Shown in pieces: positions 1 through 11,704 of a DNA stretch of 64,000 bases (positions within the stretch are counted from its first letter, which is position 1; the number at the start of each line of letters is the position of its first letter). Made by a program: the position numbers and the translations under genes. Under the pieces are notes generated by a model. That model did no database searches and had not been told where the DNA came from. It saw only the letters and a list, made by a program, of their open reading frames with translations. Source of the stretch: Vermamoeba vermiformis (taxonomy: Eukaryota); contig JBEWZL010000236.1 in the NCBI GenBank assembly GCA_045837725.1, positions 1 to 64,000 on the forward strand, in the 5' to 3' direction.

Positions 1-372
1 TTTGATTTTGATTGCCGGTTAGAAAATTTTCGAAATTTATTAATTTCTTAATATTGATAGCTTACCTCTAAGCAAAGTCACAATGCCCAAAATACCATAA
101 ACAGTCTTTTTAGCAGCTCCTTGAATTTCTTCAGTATTGCTGAGGACTAAGCAAGAAAAAGACGTTAGATCATGCAGTATGTCAAATCCACAAGGTAAAT
201 CCATAATGCAACATGGTATGGTTAAATAATACTAAGGACATATTAATATTCGTTATTTACCTGAAATAGCACCACTTCTGCGGTCAATCTGCAATCCACT
301 CTTGTCGTTTGCGATCAAGACGAAGCGGTCTTCAACGCTGACCAATTCAAGGGTGTCGTGAAGGCGAGCCAT
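1..372 (-). CDS. SAC1: SAC1-family phosphoinositide phosphatase, 5' part (continues off the window)
   Basis: ATG at 372. Two spliced exons give MARLHDTLELVSVEDRFVLIANDKSGLQIDRRSGAIS-VLSNTEEIQGAAKKTVYGILGIVTLLR, resembling the Sac1 N-terminus (IDR...IFGILG). The catalytic domain is not in the window. Confidence 0.65.
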
Positions 373-634
373 ATTTATAGTTAATTAATAGTGTGGTCGC
401 AGTCAGAAAGTGCAGATAAAGTTTGCAACAGAAAAACAATTTCGTCTGTCCTTCACTCTACGTACTATCAGGACCATTGACCCCATATGCCAGCCTTAAC
501 CTACCGATCCAATATGATTTTCCCTTTAAATTTGATATTATCTTATAATAAGATACTGCTGAGATTTCCAAAGGATTAAAGAAAAAAAAGTCGTGATTTC
601 ATTTCAGGTCCAGACACTTATTTAAAGCAAAAAC

Positions 635-1049
635 ATGGCCGATAGAGGAACATTGATCAAAAGAGCCATTATTGTATTGGGCTCGCCCATTGCCTTGGGA
701 TACATCCTCATGAAGGCGACATCACGCGACCCTGAAAAAGATCTGGCCGTAAGTAGCTCCAATAAATTTACCAATAATTATTTTCGCCCTAAAATTGCCA
801 TTGGAATAATAGTATGCGTCGATATTATCAAATGGCGATATTTTATGAAAAAATAAATTGCAAAATTTTTTCTTGGCTCTAATGACATGTTTTGGATAGG
901 CTTTGACTCACGAGCAACGTACACAAATAGAAATAAACAGAAAACATAATAGAGAATTATTTGAATCAATGTTAAGCGAGGATGCGAAAAAGAAACTTCA
1001 TGAAAAGCAAAAAAAGCTTCAAGAGAAGCAAGAGGCACGTCGTTACTAA
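635..1049 (+). CDS. Small single-pass membrane protein, Cbp4/UQCC3-like complex III assembly factor (tentative)
   Basis: Two exons (intron about 749-899) give MADRGTLIKRAIIVLGSPIALGYILMKATSRDPEKDLAALTHEQRTQIEINRKHNRELFESMLSEDAKKK...RRY*. It has an N-terminal TM followed by a helical region, as in Cbp4. Confidence 0.5.
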
Positions 1050-1158
1050 CACTTTAAAGCACATAGAGCAAGTTATTCATGTACATAGTTGTTTTATAAA
1101 TTACAATATTGATCCCAACATCCGATCGAGATCTTCAAAAACCCTACAAACCTACAGA

Positions 1159-3136
1159 TTAAGCTCTTGAGCCCGTAGACAGCTTATGCGTCATCGCTCT
1201 ACTCTGTTTCTTTTTGTTCTTCTTGGTGACGAGGAGGGCAATCAGGATCACAGCACCAGCCACGACCACAGCACCCACGACAATCACTGCAATGCTCCAG
1301 TCTGGCAATGAAGGCGCTAATGGACTGTTATTTGCAGATTTGCAGGCAGAATTGTCTTGCACGACGATGATAGAGACGAGACCTGGCTTCGTGTCTTGGC
1401 GTGCGTTCAAAACAACACAATCGGAGACTAGGTGAAGCGCATCCGTTAGAACTGAAAGGTACCACGACCTATATTATATGGAGGATTGATTACTTACCAT
1501 CCCCATCTACAGTGATAGATTTGAAGTCGAGGTTCGAAGTGTCGCACGCAGCGTCGAAGATCAAGAATGATCGTTCAATTTGACCCGATTCAGTCAACGC
1601 GGTGATTTCTTCAGGAGTTAATGTCAAAGATAAAGATGCAGTGCCTATGCAAGTGTTAATTCGACCTTTGAACGCAGCGCAGGTACGATACCGTTGATGT
1701 TCGGACATCCATACACCACAATGACACCGTTGCTCACACTCAAATCACCCGAAATAGTCAAATTGCCGTTCACAATGATGTTGTCTACCGTTATGCCAGG
1801 TGTCAGCACCAAGTCTCCGTCGATCACCCACACGGCTTCATTGTCCGCATTCACTTGGCACTTCGCGTCAGGACGTGGAGCTGGCTGAATACATGGCACA
1901 CCTACGAGACTGACAGTTAGCATTTGACACGTGTCACTCGTGTGCCCTTCACAGACTTACACTGCACAGCTGTGGTAAAGCACTGCGGGTTCGTTGGTAT
2001 GCAGCACAAGTTGGTCGAAGACACGTCGCACTGGTTAGCTCGTTGAAAAGTCACGTTGTAACAGCCAGACAACGGATTGTTGGACACGTTGAATAGGGTC
2101 AAGTACGGCAAGCTTGCTAATCCTGTTGGAATCGTCCCCGTCAACTTGTTGCCGCTGACATCGAGCTCATACAAGTACGTCATGGATGCATATTCAACCG
2201 GAATAGTTCCGGTAAATTGATTGTTCTTCATACGTTGGTAAGATATGTATTGCGAGGCTAATTCTCTCGGGATAGTGCCATTCAATTTGTTGTCGTTGAG
2301 GTGAAATTGAATCAGCAACGGAAGTGACGCTAATTCGGGTGGTATGGTGCCAGTCAAACTATTTCCATATAAGTAAAGAAAGCGTAATTTAGACAGCTGG
2401 CCAAGTTCTTTTGGAATTGTGCCACTAAGCCGGCCTGACACCATAGAAATAGAGCTTAAGTATTGATGACTTCCCAAAGAAGCTGGTATTGTGCCATCTA
2501 CCTGGGTTCCGCTCAACTCCAAGCGAGTCAGATTTGGAAAAGGAGCCAAATCTGGAAATGCGCCGGACAAGTCTGAGTCGGAGATTATCAACTCGGTTAA
2601 TGGTAAGAATACATTGCTTGGTATCACTGGGAGCTGCACGTTCTTGCTAAATAGGACAGTAAGAGAGTAGAAGCGCGGTAGCGAAGCAATCTGCTGGGAG
2701 ATCGGCCGAACGAACGTTACATTCGCGAAAAAAATAGTCCCCAAGTATGGAAAGTCTGCAATCCAATCTCCAATCTCTGCAGACCTCTCAGCCGAACTCA
2801 GCGATCTGTAGTACAGCAAAAATTAGTTTTACGCTCCGAATTACGCTTTATCGATTATTGCCGTCACTATTATTAAGGCATTATATGTACATAAATCTTA
2901 TAAAAATACTGCAGTATTTCCTTTACTTACAAATCTGTAACGTGTTCTACCGTATTTATAAGGTTGCAGGAGATACCTCCCCAAGCGCAAGGATTAGTTC
3001 CAGTCCAGCCAGGATCAGGAGTGATAGACGCTTTAAATAAATTACATGCGTCAATCTCACTTTGCGGCAAGGCGAAGATCGTCGATCGAAGTGCCACAAA
3101 AAGCAGTAAGTAATAGCTATAATCTCTTGCTCTCAT
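1159..3136 (-). CDS. Leucine-rich-repeat receptor-like surface protein (signal peptide, LRRNT, plant-type LRRs, Cys/beta-rich stalk, TM, short basic tail)
   Basis: Signal peptide, WTGTNPCAWGGISC cap, repeated LxxLxLxxNxLxGxIPxxL units, TM WSIAVIVVGAVVVAGAVILIALLV, then TKKNKKK. No kinase domain. Exons join via GT-AG introns. Confidence 0.85.
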
Positions 3137-3499
3137 CGTGCCACATAGTTTATGCTAATAAATAAATGCTTGCGGCTCCAAATTGTTATATTTATCTAGA
3201 GCACGTGCTTTTAGGGAAATTTAGCAAAGCGATAAAAATGTTCGAACGATTACAATTATTTATTTCTCTATTCACAAGACTACATATTTATTTATCGTTG
3301 TTTTAGTTTTTCTCGTTTATTTTGTACGAGATTAACAGCTACAACAATTGCGGGGAGAATCATTTATTAGATTGAACCGCTGTTGCAGTCCCACCGCAAC
3401 GAGAAGTGATAAAATAATTTCAACAATATTATCACAAAATATTAACAATATTACTGTGATAACAATCAGGCCTAAATATAAATTATCACCAAATCCAAA

Positions 3500-6321
3500 A
3501 TGAGTTCTGTTCAGATCCAACCGCCTAGCCCAGCAGGCAGCCCTAAAACTGCAGTAATGGGGCCTAAAATTCCTAAAGGACCAGGAGCACCAAAGAAAGC
3601 CGGTCAAGGTAGACCTCTGCCATCACCTACAAACAATCCACAAACAGTCGGGCCGAAAATACCCGGATCAACACCACCAATTCAAATTCAAGTCCCAGCA
3701 GGCAACCAAAAGACCAATAGTCGAAGTCTTCCTAATAGCCCGCCTACAATTGTCAGTGGAAACGTTGCAAAAATCGAATCTCGATCGGCTGCCGTTAGTC
3801 CCGCTACAAGTCCGCGCAACACCGAACTTTCAGACCCCAGTAGTCCTCGCATGCGTCCCAAGCCACTACCTAAAGCACCGGTACGCAAGACCAATCACGC
3901 AGAGACAGATCTCGAGGCAACTCTAAGTCCACGCAATGGTCCTTCATCCTCGCCTATAACCAACACTAATACGCATGCGAATACACCTCCTATGGCGGTA
4001 TCACCTCCACCTGTTAGAGTCACGCCACCTCAAGACGTAGAAGTTTCAACCTCGCCCAAACCTAACGCATCCGCCATTGCCATGCTGTTAGCCGCAGAAC
4101 AAGTATGATCGCTTTGCAATATAGCATATATATGTTATTGTTTACGGATCTAATGATTTTAATTAGGTAACTGGTGCTAAAATGACCGGCTACAGAACGC
4201 GAATTGTCGATGAATTGCTTAAAAAGAGCAGGAGGTCAATTTATGGTAATTATGATTACTGAAGCATGTGCATATGTTTGAATGATACTAATCTAATTAA
4301 TATAGCCAATGACGAGCTTGTAAAAGGAGATGCGCACGAAGATCAGAAAAAACGATGTCTTACAGTCACTGAAATTATTGAAAGTGAGAAAGCGTTCTTA
4401 AAGAATATGACTTTAGCTATAGAGGTACTATAATATATATCATAATACCTTACTTGCAATACTAATGTACCGTCTTAAATTCTAGCATTATTATAATCCT
4501 TCTAAAAATGGCGAATCTCCGGTGCCTGAAAACAAAGCTAAAATGATGTTTAATAATTTGGAACAAATCATCGAAGTTTCAACGGATCTGCTTCAAACAA
4601 TGTTCGACAAGATCCCGAATGATTTCGATTCTTCAGTAGGCGTCGGAAACATCTTTGTACAGTTCGTAAGTATATATTAATATTATATATGACCTATTTA
4701 TCTCATTTTTAATATATTTAGGTCCCTCGATTCAATGTATTCGATGAATATGCAAAATTACATTATCAAGCTATCAAAACATTCGGTCAATTAGAACGTA
4801 AAAAAGAAGTGGTGCAATATTGGAAAGAATTGCGCGAACGAACAGGAGTCCTTGATATTATGGCACTATTGATTATGCCCGTACAACGATTTTTAAGGCA
4901 TAAATTGTTATTAGAGGCAAGTTTTTGGATCTGTTGCGAACTCGTAACTTTGCAACGATTTCTGACATTTCCTTTTTAGGAATTATTGAAGCGAACACCA
5001 GAAGGCCATCCTGACCATGAGGACGTAGTGAAAGCAATTGGTGCGATCGATCAATTTGCACAGAGTGTCAACGAAAACGTCAAGCGACACACAGCTTTGC
5101 AAAAATATAACGAAATTGAACGCAAGTTCGGATTTCCCAAAGAGGTATGTACTCAATATGACACTATTTTTAGCCCAAGGCACGTGTAACTTAACCTTTT
5201 CTGCTCAGTTGGAGTTGCCCGAAGGTTCCGAAGACATTCGAGTATTTATCAAAGAAGGAACATTGATGAAAGTGTGCCGCAAAGAGCCCAAGCCGAGATA
5301 TTTTGTATTATTTGATGATTTGTTAGTCTACGGCGAGTCTGGTGTCTTGTCTTACAGTCTGCATCGATGTTTGGATCTGTCAAAAACTTCGGTCAAAGAT
5401 GTCGAAGACACCTCAGGTACGTCGATAATATCTCATTGCCTAATTAAGTCCTAATTACCAAATATAGTTATGCAAAACTCTTTCGAGATCTACAGCACGG
5501 GAAAATCGTTCGTGGTGTTTGCAGACAACATTGGAGAGAAGAAAAGTTGGCTCAATTCGTTCAAACAAGTCAAATTGCTCGCTGCAAACGACAATCAAGC
5601 GGCTATTTGGGTCAACGACAAGATGTCAAAGTGTTGTTTGAAGTGCGGCCGTGAGTTCAAAGCACATTTCAGACGCGTAAGTTGTGACCATTGTGCCACT
5701 GAGTCTAGGCAGTATATTAACTCGTCTTCATAGCATCATTGTCGTGCCTGTGGCCTATTAGTCTGCTCCAAGTGCTCGCCTAAAACAGCCATTGTGCCGT
5801 CCGTGTCCGCGACCAGCAAACAGCGCGTGTGCAACAGTTGTTTCGACGACATTGCTAACGGCATCACACCCAAGAAAGGTACGTATTACAAACGAAACTA
5901 TATCAAGACAACGGTCTTATTATTATACTACAGCTTCAGCACATATTCCCGATAATGACCTGAGTTCTGAAGATGATGACTCGTCCTCTGAAGGTGCGTG
6001 AAAAATATCATTTTTTTTTCATCTTTTTTCTGATTGGTCGTCGATCACGTGCTTATTTAATCATATCTAGATGACGCACAAAAGCTGTCGAGATCACAAA
6101 CGAGTCCTTCGTTGAACTCGTCGGGCGGAAGCAACAAGTCCACCAGTGCCTCGCCCGATGTCAATCGTACCTTAAAGTCCCCCGAGACGCACAAAAGAAG
6201 CAACACGACTGTGCCGCCGAGCAATGGAACGAATACAGATAATGTGAAGAAAAAGAACACGTTTGCCAATCTGTTTACGACACTGCGCGGGGCAGGCAAA
6301 AAGAAAGAAGGTGATCAGTAA
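3500..6321 (+). CDS. FGD-like RhoGEF: Pro-rich N-terminus, DH, PH and FYVE domains
   Basis: DH motifs EIIESEKAFLKNM and LIMPVQRFLRHKLLLE; PH motif FIKEGTLMKVCRKEPKPRYFVLFDD; FYVE motif WVND..CLKC..F..FRRHHCRACG..VCSKCS..RVCNSC. Multi-exon. Confidence 0.9.
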
Positions 6322-6444
6322 TAATATTGAATGCTCTTCATTGTATTCTAGCTTATTTTTAACGTTAACGGTGATCTAAAGCAAAATTTAGACCAGATCG
6401 CCTCGATCCACCACACATTTATTTATTTGACTAGCATGTTGGAT

Positions 6445-7650
6445 CTACAACGGATACTTGAGCTCGACGCAATCTCGAACCCAATCGTCGACGCTATATC
6501 GAATAGGAATATCACTGAGGTTTGCTCTATCTTCAATTTGATAAAAGCCTTCGTTTGGAGGTGTCACAAGCGCTGAGAAAATTTGGCCGTTTTCTCGGTA
6601 ATAATAATGTTGGAGTACTAAATTCTGGCTTGGTGCAAAATATCCAATATACTTTGTCTCCGGATACAAGCCACCGGATTTATAATGACAGGCGAGCAAG
6701 CCAGGATATTGATTTGAAAACACAATGGCAAATGTTCCTGCTTTGCGCGTTGACAGTTGATCCCACACTTCTTGTTCGTTGAATTTAAAGAACCTGTAAG
6801 TATAATGGTTAATTTAAAACACAAAATTATACCAAACGTGTTTCGGATTCAGATCTTACTCTTGACCGATTAAAGCCATAGCTTTGCGCAGCTGAGCATA
6901 AGTTTTAAAAACACTAAGAAATTTCTTTTCTTTCGCCGTATCGATGTAGCCATTGTTATCTATAGAACGATTAAAACAAGGATTTAATTGACAACGCACA
7001 AATTCTTACCGAAGAGTAGTTTTTGCAATAATTCTTCCTGCTCGTCATAATATTCGATATCTAAAGCCGTTGTTAAGTCACCAAGAGTGCGCGGGAAAAG
7101 CAGGGCCTGTGGTGCTTGAGTGGCATAGGCAAAAAGAGTGTCTTTGATGTCGGCTTTGTTTTGTCTGAGTTCGTCGTTGCAAATTGGGATCGGAGAGAAT
7201 AAAACACCAGAATAGAATTCGTTCATAAGGTTGATTGTCACAAATAGCTTAAAAGGGTGTTTGCGATCCGGTTTTGGCATTTGAAATTGGATGCCGTTTT
7301 CGGTCCAGTTCCAGGTGCACGTCTGAACTACCTCTGCGGTGAATGAAACTTGTCCGCTAACAGTCCTGCTAATATTCCACAATAAAGGATTGCCAATAAA
7401 ACGGCGTGCATCTCCTAGGATGATTATTTCGCCGGATATTACATTTGCGTTTGGGTCAATAATTATAGCTGACTCTGTCAAGGATGAATTGTTTACAACT
7501 AGCCGACCAATGTGTGAGTCTTCCCTCCTGTAATTAATTTCATAAGATCGGGCGTCAATAAATATAAAACGGGCCGGTTCGTTTAATCTATAATAATTAC
7601 CTTTCATTAAATAAAGAGAGTTGGGATATTTGATTTGGGTTGTGTTCCAT
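6445..7650 (-). CDS. Divergent STAT-like protein (beta-rich domain, helical linker, degenerate SH2)
   Basis: Four exons, ATG at 7650. Spliced C-terminal part reads LQKLLFDNNGYIDTAKEKKFLSVFKTYAQLRKAMALIGQEFFKFNEQEVWDQLSTRKAGTFAIVFSNQYPGLLACHY...LQHYYY, resembling the amoebozoan STAT linker plus SH2. Confidence 0.6.
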
Positions 7651-7919
7651 TGTTGAGAATAGAGTTAATGCGTGGTAATAATGCCGAATATTTTTTTACC
7701 TCGCGGAAAAACTTTATCGACACGTGTCAGAGATTTCGGGCTTTAATTTACGAAGGATTCTATTCTAAGGAGAAGCCACTAACGTTAATATCAACCTGAC
7801 AATACCACCGTGTCTTCTTCAGCTGCTTTGTTCCGTTTTTTGCAATGCGGATCTTCCCGGTGAATTCTTTTTTTCGCTTAACTCAAACCCGCAATATTTT
7901 TTTACATTATTTTACAAGA

Positions 7920-9637
7920 TTAGTGCTCAACCACTACCACTTCAGGCTTCTCGTCGTTATCTTTTTCAACGCTTGCCAGTAACATTTGTTCTTGCAACTT
8001 TACCACTCGCATGAACTCTTCAAGCTTTGCTTTCACTTCATTGGCAGTTTCGGGTCGTTTTGTAACCAATTTCTTCTGGATGCCGCGGGCTTGGGCATCT
8101 CTGGCAGCCATTTGATTTTTATAGTCAATAATATCCAAGCAAAATGCTGCTATTTGTGCATTGCACGTCGTAGATTTAATCTTGGCTTCTGTTAATTTGT
8201 CGTTCAAGTCTTCCAAGCTTTGAATCATTTCTCTGAACATGATCTGCGCACAAACAACCGCAAAACTGTACAAATCGGTAACAAACGAGTACTTGTTATG
8301 CAATTCAACGTCCGATGCAGTCCATATATCCATCACTTTCGCTTTGTAGGCTTCTTCGTCGTCTTTAGGAGAAAAACAGGGCAAGATCGCATCTCGCGAC
8401 ACCAATTTCGCCAATCCAAAATCTGCTAGTTTCAATAGCATCACGTCTTTGTATTTTGCAACATGATGGTCCTTGATGAAGAGAATATTGCGGGGATTGA
8501 TGTCACAATGAATTACGGCTTTGGCGCCGGGAATTTTAAACTGAATAAAGCGCAATGCAGCTGCCAGCTGTTTGATATATGACAATATCTCGCGGTCCGT
8601 TAGTTCTCCGATTCGGTCGGCCAAAGCTTGAAATTGGGTTAAAAAAAAGTTGCACGCGGATCACATCCCAACTTACAACAATCACAAATTTCAGCTTGCA
8701 AACCAGGCACGGTGTCTGAAGTAGCATTGAATTCATATACTTTCAGTATGTTGTGGTGGTTTAATTGCCGCATAATTTTGTATTCTTCGTAGAGATCTGT
8801 AGTGTCAGTTAAGATCTTCTTCAAAGCGTATTTCTTCCCGTCTTTTACTACTTGTCTGACTATTGAATATGATCCACGTCCTTTTATGTCATCGACTTCC
8901 GATTCTACTTCCACTGCTAGGAGTTTTTGTGATTCTTCGGGATCCGAGTTGATTTTTTCTGATTTTTTCGAGTTTCTAGTGCGTTTAACGATCAGATAAA
9001 CAGCAGTAACTGCCAAAGATAGTACTATCACCGCTATAATGAGATACATTGTTATGTCTGTTTCAGATTTTGTGAACGGGCGCTGATTTCCCGACGTGTC
9101 TGCGGTTGGTGTTCGCGCTGTTGGTTGGACTTGAATTGTAGGCGCCTGCACGGATTGAGGCACAGCAATTGGAGGACTCTGCAGTGGCGCGTTGGGCTGG
9201 ATGTACCAGCATCTTTGAATTTTATTTGCTGTGCAGTCGTAATTCTCCGCTCCTTCACAGGAATCAACTACGTCAGCCACGATGACCAAGACGGAGGTGC
9301 AAGCACCATCGCTGTACTGCCACAATATTGAAAAATTTCTTCCGCTTCCGTAGCTGATCAAGGATTCGTTGAAAGATCCCTCCGTTGCAGGACAAGATCT
9401 CGTCGTATAAATTGTTTGATTATTCCTTAGTTGAGGGGCACAGCCAGAACCATAACAGCTTTTAGGGTCGAATACCAACTCGAGAGTAAATTCAAATATA
9501 TCAACCTCGCATTTTTTTTTTGTCCCAAACCGTGTTAGCTGAACTATTCTAATAGTTAGTAACGCAAAATAATATAACTACATACATAAACAATTGGCAC
9601 CAACTATCAGGAAAAGGAGAATTGTGTATTTTAACAT
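7920..9637 (-). CDS. Receptor-like protein kinase (signal peptide, Cys-rich ectodomain, TM, kinase)
   Basis: ATG at 9637 (MLKYTILLFLIVGANC), followed by a phase-1 intron. TM YLIIAVIVLSLAVTAVYLIV. Kinase motifs GRGSYS, YALKK, HCDINPRN, DFG. The two ORFs in the track are joined by an intron at about 8627-8676. Confidence 0.85.
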
Positions 9638-9788
9638 GGCGTGCGTTTCAAGTGTCAAAAAATCTTTGGTGGTCATTATTTAATACAGTTAGCTTCTGAC
9701 GACCATGAAACTCTGTATTCGAATATAATTTCAACACTATATTTTAGAAGCGCTCTTGTAATAATTGCAAAATATTGGATCCTCCGAA

Positions 9789-11545
9789 ATGAAAAGAACA
9801 GCAATTCTCCTTGCCATTTTATCACTTACCGTCAGTGCCAACTGTGAATGTAAGCGCATTATTGTATCAAATTAAAGACTGTCCTTTTTTATGCAGACCG
9901 ACTCACACGGATGGGAACAAAAGAGATGTGCCTGACTGACGTTAATCATATTGTGTTGGAATCGATGCCAGAAAACTGTGTCGAGACAGAATGTCACCTA
10001 AATGGAGCAACATATATGACAACAACGTGCGATGAATCAGTGGGGTCATTCAACGAATCTCTCATCCAATACGGCGCTGGCAAAAACTTCACAATAGGAT
10101 GGTATTACACAGGCCCGACTTGTACCGACGTCAATGCAATTGAAGCGAAGGAAGTTACTTCTTGCGAAGGAGCTGCAAGTTTTGTATGCCAAAACGGCCA
10201 AACTAAATTTTGCTCCTACATCCAACCGCACGCTCCACAGACAGTGCCTCCGATAACCGTAGGGACTCCAGTACCCGTAGTTACACCGCCTATTCATCAA
10301 CAAGACCCTCCTATTGCTCCGTTAACCGAACCATCAGCACCGAGTCCGGTGGAACCTCCAGTAGTTCAACAACAATCCCCAACAGCTGTGCCAAGTGATG
10401 AGCGGCCACTAACGACATTTGAAAAGCTTGTAGTTGGATTCTCGATGGGTGGCTGGGCCGTGGCTGTTCTGTTCGTCATTCTCTACATCTACCAACGTCA
10501 ACAAACCAAATCCCACAACTACGAACCGCTGATTGAAGAACATGATCCAGAGCCACCTAACCAACCAACTGTCATTACCTCCGACAACAAGAATGCATTT
10601 AAACCGATCTTGCAAGAGAATAAGTCGCGGATGCAGAGCATTCCCCCATCCGAGTTAATTATCGACAAAACGAAGAAGCTCGGAGAGGGTCAAGCGTGCA
10701 ACGTGTACCAAGGATTTTGGCGCCAAAAGAAAGTTGCCATTAAAATTCCACGAGACCGCGACGCCGCTAAGCTCATGAAAGAATTGACAGTGTTTAGCGA
10801 AATAGAACCGCATCCAAACATTATCGAAGTCTTTGGATATTTTGAATACGAGGATAGGCTATGCATCGTGTTAGAACTATGTAATTGCCCAAGTAAGTCG
10901 AATTATTATGAGAATTCGGACGCTAACGAGAAACCAGATCTGGAGCAACTAGCCAAGCAAGAGTTGCCTATCAGTGATAAGTTCAATATCGCCATGGGTA
11001 TTGCTGCAGGCATGCTACATCTACATCACGCAAAACGACAAGTTATTCACCGAGATTTAAAGCCCGGCAACATCCTTGTTACGAGATCAGGAACGCATCT
11101 AATTCCAAAAATTGCAGACTTTGATTACTCGAGGTTGTTAGCCTCACCAACAGGCGTTACATACTCCACTCCTACCACCAGCTATGCTGCGCCAGAACAA
11201 TTAGCTGCCTCAGCCACCGCTAGAAAACAGTACAGCGTCAAATCTGACGTTTGGGCTTATGGCGCAACTTTGTTCTATTTATTAACTGGTCAAACTCCTT
11301 TTGCAGTTCAAAACTCGAGTGCTTTGAAAACGCAGCGATTGAACAAGCAAGCTTTGGTCAGATTCGAACTGCTGGATGCTCTTCCAACGGATCCATTCAC
11401 CGCGCTGATGGTAGATATTACACGCAAATGTTTAAATGACGATCCTACTAAGCGACCTGCATTCGACCGCATTGATTCTGAATTTGTAGATTTCTTCAAC
11501 AAGTTTTATCCGCACACCGCTAACAATAACAACGATATTCAATAA
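9789..11545 (+). CDS. Receptor-like TKL-type protein kinase, paralog of the divergent neighbour
   Basis: ATG at 9789 (MKRTAILLAILSLTVSANCE). Cys-rich ectodomain, Pro-rich stalk, TM. Kinase motifs GEGQAC, VAIK, HRDLKPGN, DFD, APE, SDVWAYG. In-frame 45-nt intron at 10893-10937. Confidence 0.9.
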
Positions 11546-11704
11546 AGAATAGCACTATTTTCACGTAAATCTCATCTCTGACAAAGAAATTGTCTCGTAA
11601 TAGCCCAAGCAACAACAATCTCTTCTCGTAGTCGGGTGGGCACGAGTTTTCTTTAATTTCCTGGAATTTGAATTTTGTTACTCGCGCAGGCTGGTTTATT
11701 ATTA

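Noticed and set aside
8625-8680. Apparent frameshift/pseudogene splitting the left receptor kinase at a poly-A run
   Set aside because: A canonical GTAAG..AG intron restores the frame (EICDC-S-LADR) at the same position as the paralog's intron.
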